A stretch of 63,296 nt of DNA from a virus (IMGVR_UViG_3300017978_000310:1-63296); one strand, 5' to 3'. Positions 38,918 through 47,445 are shown, numbered from the stretch's first letter. Notes: generated by a model not told the origin, from the letters alone. Program-made: numbers and translations.

Positions 38918-39163
38918 TTAGTCTATACATAAATAGTTATTCATTAGATCGTCAAAGTCTTTTAGTAATCGAGAACTATCGTTCTCATATGCCGTGAATA
39001 GCCAAGTGGCATTCTCGTAAGCCTGCAAGATAAACTTCTTGCTCACAGGGTCTCGGTCAAACTTTAGTTGCAGATGACTCCAGTTGCTCAATGGCACTAT
39101 AAGTCTTCCCTTCTTTCTGCCCGAAATTATTAATTCGCGAAAAGGTTCGAGGGCTTGTCTCAT
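38918..39163 (-). CDS. Hypothetical protein
   Basis: 81 aa, A-rich start. Confidence 0.45.
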   Translation of the reverse strand: MRQALEPFRELIISGRKKGRLIVPLSNWSHLQLKFDRDPVSKKFILQAYENATWLFTAYENDSSRLLKDFDDLMNNYLCID

Positions 39164-39464
39164 ATAATTTTTGTTTAGCGATTGATAATTGAAATTCTAA
39201 ATTGTCATGCCATTGCTTTGGTGCATAGGCTATGTTAAACTCTATTTGATGTGCGAACTCATTCTCGAATTCACGAAAGTTTAAATGATCCTCGGCATAC
39301 ATACAAAGCTTACGATAACTGTAGGAATCTTTGTCCGAGTAATCCACACAAAAGTCTGAGATTGCCTCCAATATGTCGGAGGTATTGTAACTCTTTATTG
39401 TGCCGTTAGCGATTTGATTAAGCACATAGTTACGGCAGTCGATTAGAAATTCTTGTTTTTTCAT
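39057..39464 (-). CDS. Hypothetical protein
   Basis: 135 aa, A-rich start. Confidence 0.55.
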   Translation of the reverse strand: MKKQEFLIDCRNYVLNQIANGTIKSYNTSDILEAISDFCVDYSDKDSYSYRKLCMYAEDHLNFREFENEFAHQIEFNIAYAPKQWHDNLEFQLSIAKQKLYETSPRTFSRINNFGQKEGKTYSAIEQLESSATKV

Positions 39465-39514
39465 TTGATAATTGAGTTAAATTTGAGTTGAAAGTTAGTA
39501 GAATAATCTGGCAT

Positions 39515-40195
39515 TTACAAGAGCTTACTCCATTGATTCGCTATCGCCTTGGCCATACCTGTGAAAGTTTTAGATCGCAATGTCCTTCTTTGTGCATCAG
39601 TCTTAGCCTCACTCAATGCTTTGTAGTACCACATCGGTTGCCTTTTTACCTTGCCATTCTTATCAGTCCACTCAAAGAACTCGCCACGATCTACCACATC
39701 AGTCGGTGTAATTAATGGTAGTCCCTTGAGCCATAAGCAAGTTGACTTACTCGCCTTATCACCAAACATCCAAGGTTGTATAATCTGGTCCGGCTTTCTC
39801 CACCTGCTCGACAATGACCCGATCGGATTCTCAATAGCAATTCGTGGAATGTTAGCATCGGCAAGCTTGCGAACAAACTCAATCGCTGACTGCCGGTCTG
39901 CCTCACGATTTGGATATCGTGGATGAGGTCTACGCTCGCTTGTCGGCAGGTGCTTGTCCTCTGGATGGTAGTACCACGCCGCCCCACTCGATGACAAGAA
40001 GGTGCAAGGTGGATGTGCTATCATCAAGTCCCATCCCTGATCTATTATATCAAACACATCGCCTTGTATGTGCCACTCAGGATGCCCTCCCGAGCAAGGC
40101 AGAAGGTCACAACTGAATGCATTGTATCCGAGTGATCTAAACTCTTTGGTAATTGCTTGGCTCTCTTCACAAGCTATAAGGATTTTCTTGCTCAT
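39515..40195 (-). CDS. Short phage-type C5 cytosine methyltransferase-like protein
   Basis: ILIACEES, SCDL, DLMIAHPPC, IENP and RSKTF motifs; start set at MSKKIL. Confidence 0.75.
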   Translation of the reverse strand: MSKKILIACEESQAITKEFRSLGYNAFSCDLLPCSGGHPEWHIQGDVFDIIDQGWDLMIAHPPCTFLSSSGAAWYYHPEDKHLPTSERRPHPRYPNREADRQSAIEFVRKLADANIPRIAIENPIGSLSSRWRKPDQIIQPWMFGDKASKSTCLWLKGLPLITPTDVVDRGEFFEWTDKNGKVKRQPMWYYKALSEAKTDAQRRTLRSKTFTGMAKAIANQWSKLL

Positions 40196-40196
40196 A

Positions 40197-40451
40197 TTAA
40201 ATTGCATTGTTAAAGATGTCAGAAATTTTATCGCCAATGATTTGATACATACTCTCCACGATGGTGTCAGACATCAAGGTATCGGTAACGATGTCCATCT
40301 TCTCCTCATCAGTTAAGGTATGGCTTGTGCCATTCTCCTCATTGTATACATCAAGTTCCATCTCGACATCCGTAATAGTCCACAGGCCATCAGTCACATA
40401 GCCACGCTTACCTAATTCTGCGAGCAATTGCTCAGTAGTTAAATTTTCCAT
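40197..40451 (-). CDS. Early hypothetical protein
   Basis: 84 aa, acidic, in the packed early array. Confidence 0.6.
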   Translation of the reverse strand: MENLTTEQLLAELGKRGYVTDGLWTITDVEMELDVYNEENGTSHTLTDEEKMDIVTDTLMSDTIVESMYQIIGDKISDIFNNAI

Positions 40452-40455
40452 TTGA

Positions 40456-40641
40456 TTAAAGTTTAGTTAAATTATAAGGTGATGCATCCAGACCGTACTC
40501 ACAAGTGTAGCCTAATTCTTCAAGATCAAAAACCAATTGTTGGCATGACTCATAAGAGTACTCATCGTTCTTTAAAAATTTTGCGATTACTACCTGTACT
40601 TCCACAGGTAGTGTATCGACTTGGCCAAATAAATCTTCCAT
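40456..40641 (-). CDS. Early hypothetical protein
   Basis: 61 aa. Confidence 0.6.
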   Translation of the reverse strand: MEDLFGQVDTLPVEVQVVIAKFLKNDEYSYESCQQLVFDLEELGYTCEYGLDASPYNLTKL

Positions 40642-40642
40642 A

Positions 40643-41110
40643 TTAATTTTCGTTTAAGGTTTCTAAATAAATTTCTTTTAACTCAGCGATCTCCTCATCG
40701 CTACAAAAATCGAACTGCTCGATAAACTCATCAAGCGACTCATCATTATCCAATCGCCACATCACCTCACCCTCGATGAAATCATTCCAATCCAAGCTGT
40801 TGTATTTGCCTTCAAGATATCCCATCTCGATCTCAAAGATTTTCTTGCCATTCTTGAATCCAAACTTGCACCAATAGTCGCACCCACATTCCTCCGACTC
40901 GCACTCGACTATTACATTGTACTCTCGGCTGATCTCTTCAAGCCACGCCACCGGTGCCACCCATTTTGATTCGATCGATAACACCAATAGACCAGGCTCA
41001 GTCACCTCTCTAATGTCTGCCTCATTATCGGCCACCAATCTCTTTCTTAACTTATTGATTGATTTCGTTTCTCCCACGATTTCAATCCAATTGTAACAGG
41101 TATTTGCCAT
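40643..41110 (-). CDS. YubB/DUF1281 ferredoxin-fold-like protein
   Basis: MANTCYNWIEIVG..ESKWVAPVAWLEEIS..E.GC. Confidence 0.55.
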   Translation of the reverse strand: MANTCYNWIEIVGETKSINKLRKRLVADNEADIREVTEPGLLVLSIESKWVAPVAWLEEISREYNVIVECESEECGCDYWCKFGFKNGKKIFEIEMGYLEGKYNSLDWNDFIEGEVMWRLDNDESLDEFIEQFDFCSDEEIAELKEIYLETLNEN

Positions 41111-41111
41111 T

Positions 41112-41309
41112 TTAATTTTCGTTTATAAGTTTTAAAATTTGTTCAGCACTTTCTAATACATTCCACCCTCCATTATTATGGGTCGTGACACCTACCTTTG
41201 TGAGTTTTCTATTGTCCTCCTCCCATTCAATTATGTCTCCGATATGGTCTATGTTTATATAGACTTTTCTGATCTTATCTCTATATGTTAATTCGATAAA
41301 CTTTGCCAT
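41112..41309 (-). CDS. Early protein, weakly FlbD-like
   Basis: FIELT..VYINIDHI..V.ESAEQILKLI. Confidence 0.5.
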   Translation of the reverse strand: MAKFIELTYRDKIRKVYINIDHIGDIIEWEEDNRKLTKVGVTTHNNGGWNVLESAEQILKLINEN

Positions 41310-41310
41310 C

Positions 41311-41628
41311 TTATTGATTATCTAAAAGGTTTAAAATTGGACATATTGTATCTTGAATATCTTGCATCAAATCCACGATCTCATCATCCTCCTGTTCACC
41401 CTTCGCCCACTCCAATCGTGACCAATACACCTCGCCTAATTTAAATGGTTGGCCATCGGCCTCTTGCCAATTGTCCCAATCGATTGAATGCAAAGCATTC
41501 GCCATTCGATTGTTCATCTCGCTTTTCTCGTGAATCGCATTTATGTCGTAGCCTCTGCGAGATAACTCTTGTAATAAATCTGCTGAACTGCACAAATGAA
41601 TGTCGTTCGAGTTGTTCATTAGTTCCAT
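41311..41628 (-). CDS. Early hypothetical protein
   Basis: 105 aa, TAA-N-ATG coupling. Confidence 0.6.
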   Translation of the reverse strand: MELMNNSNDIHLCSSADLLQELSRRGYDINAIHEKSEMNNRMANALHSIDWDNWQEADGQPFKLGEVYWSRLEWAKGEQEDDEIVDLMQDIQDTICPILNLLDNQ

Positions 41629-41629
41629 C

Positions 41630-41830
41630 TTAATTTTGGGTTAATTGATTTAAAATTTCAAATTGCCAATAGGTTGGTAAATCGGTAGTCGGTATTACAA
41701 TCTCATTGCCATAGCAATCACTTAAAGCCTCTTGCTTGTCAGCATACAATACGATCTCACCATTTGAGAATCTAATGGGATTGTCATTTGCAACATCGTA
41801 AACGACATAGTCTAATTTTAAATTTTTCAT
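41630..41830 (-). CDS. Early hypothetical protein
   Basis: 66 aa, TAA-N-ATG coupling. Confidence 0.6.
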   Translation of the reverse strand: MKNLKLDYVVYDVANDNPIRFSNGEIVLYADKQEALSDCYGNEIVIPTTDLPTYWQFEILNQLTQN

Positions 41831-41831
41831 A

Positions 41832-42041
41832 TTAAATTTGGTTTAAATAGTTTAAAATTGGTTCTACTTTCTTGGTATAGTTAGCCAAATGGTCGGCCAG
41901 ATGGTCACCCACTTCCGTAAAGATGGAATGATCCATCTCCTCATTTGTATCTCGGTTATATACCTTTACAATAATGACCCCTCCTATAGAGGTCACTATG
42001 TGGAGCGAATACTCGCCTGCCTTAATGATTTTCTTGCTCAT
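41832..42041 (-). CDS. Early hypothetical protein
   Basis: 69 aa. Confidence 0.55.
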   Translation of the reverse strand: MSKKIIKAGEYSLHIVTSIGGVIIVKVYNRDTNEEMDHSIFTEVGDHLADHLANYTKKVEPILNYLNQI

Positions 42042-42177
42042 TGAATTCTGATTTAATAAAGTGAATTATATTAATTAAAAGGATGCCACCACCAAGGAAG
42101 GTCCAGAAACCATTTGGTCGGTCGACCTCGATGAATAGCATTAAGATTGCGATTAAATTAATTATTGATTTTGCCAT
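42022..42177 (-). CDS. Small membrane protein (51 aa, not in ORF track)
   Basis: MAKSIINLIAILMLFIEVDRPNGFWTFLGGGILLINIIHFIK.., two hydrophobic segments. Confidence 0.5.
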   Translation of the reverse strand: MAKSIINLIAILMLFIEVDRPNGFWTFLGGGILLINIIHFIKSEFNEQENH

Positions 42178-42197
42178 TTCGTGAATGTGAGCTTGGC

Positions 42198-42554
42198 TCA
42201 TTTAGTTAAAAATTTATTTATCTTTTGGCTAAAAACATGAGCCAAAAATCCATCGAGATTTTTAATCTCCTCATTCCAAAAGTAATCGGAATACATCTCG
42301 CTTTCTATTGCCTCAATGACTCTCAAGTACTCGGCCATCTGCTCGGCCTTATTTCCGGGGGATAGAAAAAATCCCTCGCCATCCGACTCGTATTCATTCC
42401 CATTCTCACCCTTCACCCATACCAAAAGCTCCACTAATCGGTCGGCATATGAGTCATTGCGAGTCGCATAAATTCGCACCCAATCGCTCGACCAACATAA
42501 CTCGCCGGTCTGCTGATCTATATTTAATTTTAAGTCACCTATTTGATTTATCAT
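42198..42554 (-). CDS. Early hypothetical protein
   Basis: 118 aa, preceded by a hairpin repeat. Confidence 0.6.
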   Translation of the reverse strand: MINQIGDLKLNIDQQTGELCWSSDWVRIYATRNDSYADRLVELLVWVKGENGNEYESDGEGFFLSPGNKAEQMAEYLRVIEAIESEMYSDYFWNEEIKNLDGFLAHVFSQKINKFLTK

Positions 42555-42569
42555 TTCTATTTTGTTTAA

Positions 42570-42587
42570 GAGGGGATTGCTCCCCTC
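42570..42587 (-). repeat. Early intergenic hairpin, copy 4
   Basis: Minus strand GAGGGGA-GCAA-TCCCCTC. Confidence 0.8.
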
Positions 42588-42592
42588 GTGAA

Positions 42593-43102
42593 TTATTTAT
42601 TTAGTAACTCGATAAATTGTGATTTAAAATTCTCACTATTCATTACCTCGACAATATCGTGAAACATATATCCTCCGAACATTACTATAGTCCACCCAAG
42701 CACATCGATATTCTCAAGATAGTTATATGTCTCACGACTCAAAGTCGGCAGTTCATATTTAATCACGGGACCAGTCCATCGCTCGCTTTGTATGTAGATA
42801 TAACTATGAGGATTACTATGCTCGACCTTTACAAATAGTCCTTTGTCGAGCTCATTCAATAAGCATTGCAACTCATTCGCATCCTCCTCACATCGCTCAC
42901 GATTGTCCTCCCTTGCTCCCTTGTTTCTTGCCTCGATGCTCGCACGATCTAACTTTTCTTTATCCCTTAATGAGTCAAACTCATTGGCAATATTTAGCAA
43001 AGGATTTGATGATGCATCTGGTCGGTATGCCTCATTAATTTTGGTAAACTCACTTACTAAATTTGAAATGATTTCGTTTTGTTTTTTTGATAAATTTTCC
43101 AT
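42593..43102 (-). CDS. Early hypothetical protein
   Basis: 169 aa. Confidence 0.6.
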   Translation of the reverse strand: MENLSKKQNEIISNLVSEFTKINEAYRPDASSNPLLNIANEFDSLRDKEKLDRASIEARNKGAREDNRERCEEDANELQCLLNELDKGLFVKVEHSNPHSYIYIQSERWTGPVIKYELPTLSRETYNYLENIDVLGWTIVMFGGYMFHDIVEVMNSENFKSQFIELLNK

Positions 43103-43160
43103 TTTGATTTTTTTTTGTGGCGATCTTGGTCGCCGATGAAATTTATTTTTTTAGTTTATA

Positions 43161-43181
43161 AGGGGAGAATTTTTCTCCCCT
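43161..43181 (-). repeat. Early intergenic hairpin, copy 3
   Basis: Minus strand AGGGGAGAA-AAA-TTCTCCCCT. Confidence 0.75.
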
Positions 43182-43190
43182 CTTTACGAT

Positions 43191-43889
43191 CTATCTTACT
43201 ACGAAACCGAAGGTATCTTTTTTGGCCTTGCCTTTTGCCTTCAGTCCTAACACCACACCCTCGAGGTTCAACATCAAGTCATCGGCCTCATCACCATCCA
43301 CTACTTTGGATCCAAGGTAGGTTTTTGGCATTGGCTTTTTATGGTCGAATACTACGGCCACATTTGTACCCGACAGGAGAGCTCGGAAGGCATCATCCTC
43401 ATTGGACTCAGTCCGACTGAAGGTCAAGGTGTAGCGACTGCCTTTATACTTTAAGACCTTGCCTAAAATTTTGGTATAGTCATAAAATTCAAGGTTTGGA
43501 AAATCGTTTAGGATGTCGATGCCGACTCTATTGTTTACGATGGCAATCAAATCTAAATCGGATGTACCATTTAAACGGACTGCAATCTTGCCTCCTTTTT
43601 TCTCAGCTTTTTTATTAAGCAAGGCCAACTCCTTTGCAATCTGCTCGCAAAATTCTTGGCGATTATTCAAGTACATTTCCGTGCGATTTTTCCGTGCCTC
43701 CTGGATGCTATTGAATGCCCCACGGCCTGCCGTGAACAAGCAGGCAAGGATGCATGATTGGGTCGCATTAGGGCAAAGGTTGACACCTTTTGAATTTTGA
43801 TTGTAAGGACTCAAATATAAAATGTGAGTCTCTAAAAAATTCTTTTTTGTCTTGGCATTTGTATCGCCTTTTGATATTAATTTTGTCAT
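43191..43889 (-). CDS. Gp88-like Cys-motif protein
   Basis: CPNATQSCILACL..GRG, RLNGTSD, FYDYTK, DGD..DL, LKAKGKA. Confidence 0.7.
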   Translation of the reverse strand: MTKLISKGDTNAKTKKNFLETHILYLSPYNQNSKGVNLCPNATQSCILACLFTAGRGAFNSIQEARKNRTEMYLNNRQEFCEQIAKELALLNKKAEKKGGKIAVRLNGTSDLDLIAIVNNRVGIDILNDFPNLEFYDYTKILGKVLKYKGSRYTLTFSRTESNEDDAFRALLSGTNVAVVFDHKKPMPKTYLGSKVVDGDEADDLMLNLEGVVLGLKAKGKAKKDTFGFVVR

Positions 43890-43906
43890 GATCTTGTAAG
43901 GTTTAA

Positions 43907-43926
43907 GAGGGGGAAAAATCCCCCTC
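43907..43926 (-). repeat. Early intergenic hairpin, copy 2
   Basis: Minus strand GAGGGGGA-TTTT-TCCCCCTC then TTAAACCTTACAAGATCATG. Confidence 0.8.
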
Positions 43927-43934
43927 GTGATTAA

Positions 43935-44120
43935 TTAAATATATTTACTATAAAGGTATTTTTGCAATTCCGAATAATCGCACTCAAATAACTCATGGAA
44001 ACAATCGGCATAGTTATCAATTATGTCATAAGCATTAAAAACACCTATGTCGTTTGCTTGCCTCACATGGCTTTGAAATGTGGCTAAAATTTGAGGTAAA
44101 TTTTTCTCGATATTTGTCAT
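43935..44120 (-). CDS. Early hypothetical protein
   Basis: 61 aa between hairpin repeats. Confidence 0.6.
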   Translation of the reverse strand: MTNIEKNLPQILATFQSHVRQANDIGVFNAYDIIDNYADCFHELFECDYSELQKYLYSKYI

Positions 44121-44136
44121 GATCTTGTAAGGTTAA

Positions 44137-44154
44137 GAGGGGATTTCTCCCCTC
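44137..44154 (-). repeat. Early intergenic hairpin, copy 1
   Basis: Minus strand GAGGGGA-GAAA-TCCCCTC then TTAACCTTACAAGATCATG. Confidence 0.8.
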
Positions 44155-44170
44155 GATTAGTGAATGTGAA

Positions 44171-44485
44171 TTAGTCGATTGTGTCAAATGTATAGCCAAA
44201 ATCAGCGAAATTATAATAGACTTTTCCATCTATCTCGATAGGTTCTAAGTAGTCTATTACTACATCGCAATTATCAGCGAAAAAAATAGTTGCTCGGCCT
44301 CCTTCAACATAATCCACTTGATAAAAGTCGACATTTAATTGACTTACTAATGTAGGCATTGAGTCGGCCGATATGAATGGCATCGCGTAGCCATTCCAAA
44401 AACGGGTAGGATTATGTAGGCCAAGCATTGGCGTGCCTTCGCCATCGAAGGTGAATTTTGCAGGTACTAAATTTGAATTGTTCAT
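44171..44485 (-). CDS. Early hypothetical protein
   Basis: 104 aa with WNGYAMP motif. Confidence 0.6.
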   Translation of the reverse strand: MNNSNLVPAKFTFDGEGTPMLGLHNPTRFWNGYAMPFISADSMPTLVSQLNVDFYQVDYVEGGRATIFFADNCDVVIDYLEPIEIDGKVYYNFADFGYTFDTID

Positions 44486-44505
44486 AATAGTTATTTTTTA
44501 AGGTT

Positions 44506-44718
44506 TTAAAATTGAAAATCGGAATAGTTTTTTGCAAGGTATTTATTTAGCGTTTCTATCTTTTTAAATCGCTTTATTGTCTCCTTGTTAGTCCAAGGAG
44601 TAGCGTATGTATACTCCTTAATCATTGCAATGTAGCCTCCTTCAAAAACTTTGTTTGAGTCGGCCAAATAAAGCGTGTCATCATTTAGTACACTCTCTCT
44701 TAAAATGAATGTTTGCAT
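44506..44718 (-). CDS. First early hypothetical protein
   Basis: 70 aa; leader nearly identical to that of 44485. Confidence 0.6.
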   Translation of the reverse strand: MQTFILRESVLNDDTLYLADSNKVFEGGYIAMIKEYTYATPWTNKETIKRFKKIETLNKYLAKNYSDFQF

Positions 44719-45130
44719 AATAGTTATTTTTAAGGTGATAAAATTTTTGTTTTTGTTGAATCTGAAGGCAAGTAAAAAGGAATAAATTTAATACGCAAAT
44801 AATTTGTAGAAAAAATGTTGAATAGTCTATACGATCCATCGTACCAAAATTTGTGGTTTCCAGGTACAAATATGCCGGATCCGGTGCGTATAGGCCGTTT
44901 TTGGTTAAAAATTGGAGGGCAAAACTATGTAGAAAAAATCTTTTTGGTGATGGGAAATAATTTTAATAAAGGTTAAAAATGTATGAATTTTGGGGGGAGG
45001 GTAAGCCATCGGATGCAGGCGATTTATCGCATATTTTTTGTGAGTTTTTTGAAGGCCAAAAAAAAGATCAATACAAACTTTGTCGGAATTTGTAGCCAAA
45101 ATACCTACCCTACTCCCATTCGATTTATAG

Positions 45131-45234
45131 ATAATTAGCCGACCATCTAACAACTAATATAGATAGTTAGTCAAGCGTCTAATTAGCAAAGCGACTAATT
45201 AGAAGGATGACTAATTAGCAAAAAAGCTAAATAT
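45131..45234. repeat. 16-bp-period array of the CTAATTAG palindrome
   Basis: Perfect copies at 45179, 45195 and 45211; degenerate copies in register at 45131, 45147, 45163 and 45227. Confidence 0.75.
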
Positions 45235-45353
45235 TTGCAGGCAAAATTCCCAAATCGCACCCCCCCTGGCAAGGATCGGCCCGTTTCCGGTGAGGGCCCG
45301 CCGGTGAAAAACCTAGCGGGTACCCACTACCCCTATTTTTCTAACAAAATTTT

Positions 45354-45361
45354 TACCTTTG
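45354..45361 (+). promoter_or_regulatory. Bacteroidota -7 promoter box
   Basis: TACCTTTG before ATG 45373. Confidence 0.6.
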
Positions 45362-45372
45362 CAAAAAAAACT

Positions 45373-45501
45373 ATGGCAAAGTCAAACACATCAGGTGGTT
45401 CAAGAAAGATTTCCTTTGGAAAAAAGGGTACTGGTAAACCTAAAAAAAGCTACGGTCCCAAGGACCAAAAACCAAAAAAGTATCGAGGTCAGGGGAGGTA
45501 A
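45373..45501 (+). CDS. Small Lys/Gly-rich basic peptide
   Basis: MAKSNTSGG..KKYRGQGR; own promoter box. Confidence 0.6.
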   Translation: MAKSNTSGGSRKISFGKKGTGKPKKSYGPKDQKPKKYRGQGR

Positions 45502-45567
45502 AATTATAAGACAGGTCTTTTTTTTGTTCTGATTTATTTCTATTTAACATAATGTTAGTATAAAAAT

Positions 45568-45810
45568 CATTGTACTATTCTAAGATGAATTGTACTATTT
45601 GTAAAGTTGTACATTTTTATGTAGAAAAGATGTACAAAATATTTATAAGTTTACATTTATAACTTATTGATTATTAATAAGTTATATTATTTATTATTAA
45701 TAAATGTACAAAATGTACAAAATATAAAGGAAAATTAGAAAAAATATTTTTTCACTCAGAAATAAAAAAAATATATATAAGTAATGGGGGGTAAAGTTGT
45801 ACATCTTTGC
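45568..45810. repeat. AT-rich iteron-like element, copy 2
   Basis: Colinear with 34294-34527; TGTACAAAAT x3 and AAAGTTGTACAT x2. Confidence 0.7.
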
Positions 45811-45857
45811 ATGGAGAAATTTTACTGACAGGTATTGTTTGGCACGCCAATTGTATA

Positions 45858-45865
45858 TAGATTTG
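45858..45865 (+). promoter_or_regulatory. Bacteroidota -7 promoter box for groEL
   Basis: TAGATTTG. Confidence 0.55.
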
Positions 45866-45884
45866 TAACAAATTAAATCGAAGC

Positions 45885-47429
45885 ATGATAGTTAAAGAAA
45901 TCTCATTCGGCAAAGAAGGCCGAGACAAATTAATCAAAGGTGTGGATGCGGTGGCGAACGCTGTCGGCTCTACATTAGGGGCACGGGGTCGGACTGTGCT
46001 CATCGAGTCAGAGCAACACGTTGGAGGGATCACGGTCACAAAGGATGGGGTGACAGTTGCTAAGTCAATTAACTTATTGGACCCGGCTGAGAACCTAGCG
46101 GTGATGATCATGCGAGAGGCATCAGAGAAGACTGCCAACTCGGCAGGCGATGGGACAACGACAAGTATGGTGCTGGCACAGGCCATCATCCATGAGGCCA
46201 TGGCTCAGATTGAGCCGAGCGATAACTTGACACAGGTGCTAAGAGATATCCAAGAGGCGAGCACAGAGGTGCTGGCTAAGTTAGATCAGATGTCGGTCGA
46301 GATTACTAACGACAAGCTTGAGTCAGTTGCTACAATCTCTGCTAATGGGGACACGGACACGGGTGGCATAATTGCTGATGCGTACAGTAAGGTGGGGCTG
46401 ACCGGAGTGGTGAGCGTTGAGCCAAGTAAGGATGCGATGACATACTCGGAGATTATTAGTGGCATGAAGATAGATCGTGGGTTCACAAGTAAGTACTTTG
46501 TGACTGACCATAAGAAGCAAGAGTGCGTGCTAGACGATCCATATATCTTGGTGACTGACCAGCCTATTAGTCATATTAATGACATCTTCCCAATACTTGA
46601 GTATATACTTGAGGGTAACAAGTCATTGCTAATCATTGGCGAGTTAGAGGAGAATGCTCTGAACACGCTGAACGCCAACAAGATTAAGGCGAAGTTAAAG
46701 GTGTGCACAATTACTCCTCCGCAGTTTGGCTACAAGAAGCATCAGTTGATGGCAGACATTGCTCATGCGACAGGGGCTAAGTATTTCTCAGAGCAGACAG
46801 GGGACAACTTGGCGATGGTGAGCATCGATGACCTGGGGCGTGCTAAGAAGATTATTAGTGGCCGGTTCAATACTTTGATCCGTGAGCCAGGTGGCTTGGT
46901 GGATGAGCGAGTGGCAGAGCTACAAGAGCAGTTAAATGTGGAGACAAGCGGGATCGAGAAGGACTTCTTAAAAGAGCGTATAGCTAACCTTGGTGGTGGG
47001 GTTGCGGTGATCTATGTTGGGGCACAGTCTGACATTGAGCAGAAGGAGAAGAAGGACAGAGTGGACGATGCGGTGTGTGCTGTCAGAGCTGCACTTGAGG
47101 AGGGCATTCTACCAGGTGGTGGGGTGGCACTAAAAGATGTGGCGGTTGAGATGGCTGTTTTAAACAAAGGGGCGTATATTCTTAAAAACGCTATGTTGGC
47201 TCCTATGAACAAGATATTATCTAATGCTGGCTATGACCTACATAGTGAAACAATTAGTAGTATGACAGAAGGCGTTGGGGTAAACGTGGTGAACATGGCC
47301 ACGGCTAATATGATGGACATAGGGATCATCGATCCAACGAAGGTGACAAAGGAGAGTTTAAGGAATGCTGTTAGCGTAGCAACTACATTACTTTCTACCG
47401 ACACAGTTATTACTAATATTAGGGCATAA
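45885..47429 (+). CDS. groEL: Chaperonin GroEL (Cpn60), no GGM tail
   Basis: TKDGVTVAK, AGDGTTT, EEGILPGGG and GIIDPTKVT motifs. Confidence 0.95.
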   Translation: MIVKEISFGKEGRDKLIKGVDAVANAVGSTLGARGRTVLIESEQHVGGITVTKDGVTVAKSINLLDPAENLAVMIMREASEKTANSAGDGTTTSMVLAQAIIHEAMAQIEPSDNLTQVLRDIQEASTEVLAKLDQMSVEITNDKLESVATISANGDTDTGGIIADAYSKVGLTGVVSVEPSKDAMTYSEIISGMKIDRGFTSKYFVTDHKKQECVLDDPYILVTDQPISHINDIFPILEYILEGNKSLLIIGELEENALNTLNANKIKAKLKVCTITPPQFGYKKHQLMADIAHATGAKYFSEQTGDNLAMVSIDDLGRAKKIISGRFNTLIREPGGLVDERVAELQEQLNVETSGIEKDFLKERIANLGGGVAVIYVGAQSDIEQKEKKDRVDDAVCAVRAALEEGILPGGGVALKDVAVEMAVLNKGAYILKNAMLAPMNKILSNAGYDLHSETISSMTEGVGVNVVNMATANMMDIGIIDPTKVTKESLRNAVSVATTLLSTDTVITNIRA

Positions 47430-47445
47430 TTTAATTTATATTAAT

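Noticed and set aside
42570-45234. CRISPR or mini-array
   Set aside because: The hairpins are separated by whole genes, the 16-bp units are too short, and there are no cas genes
44681-45372. ORF-track calls 44681-44869, 44905-45153 and the TTG extension from 45235
   Set aside because: Non-ATG starts, no motifs, and they overlap what looks like a non-coding control region
45752-47212. Antisense ORFs over groEL
   Set aside because: Typical antisense shadows of a biased coding frame
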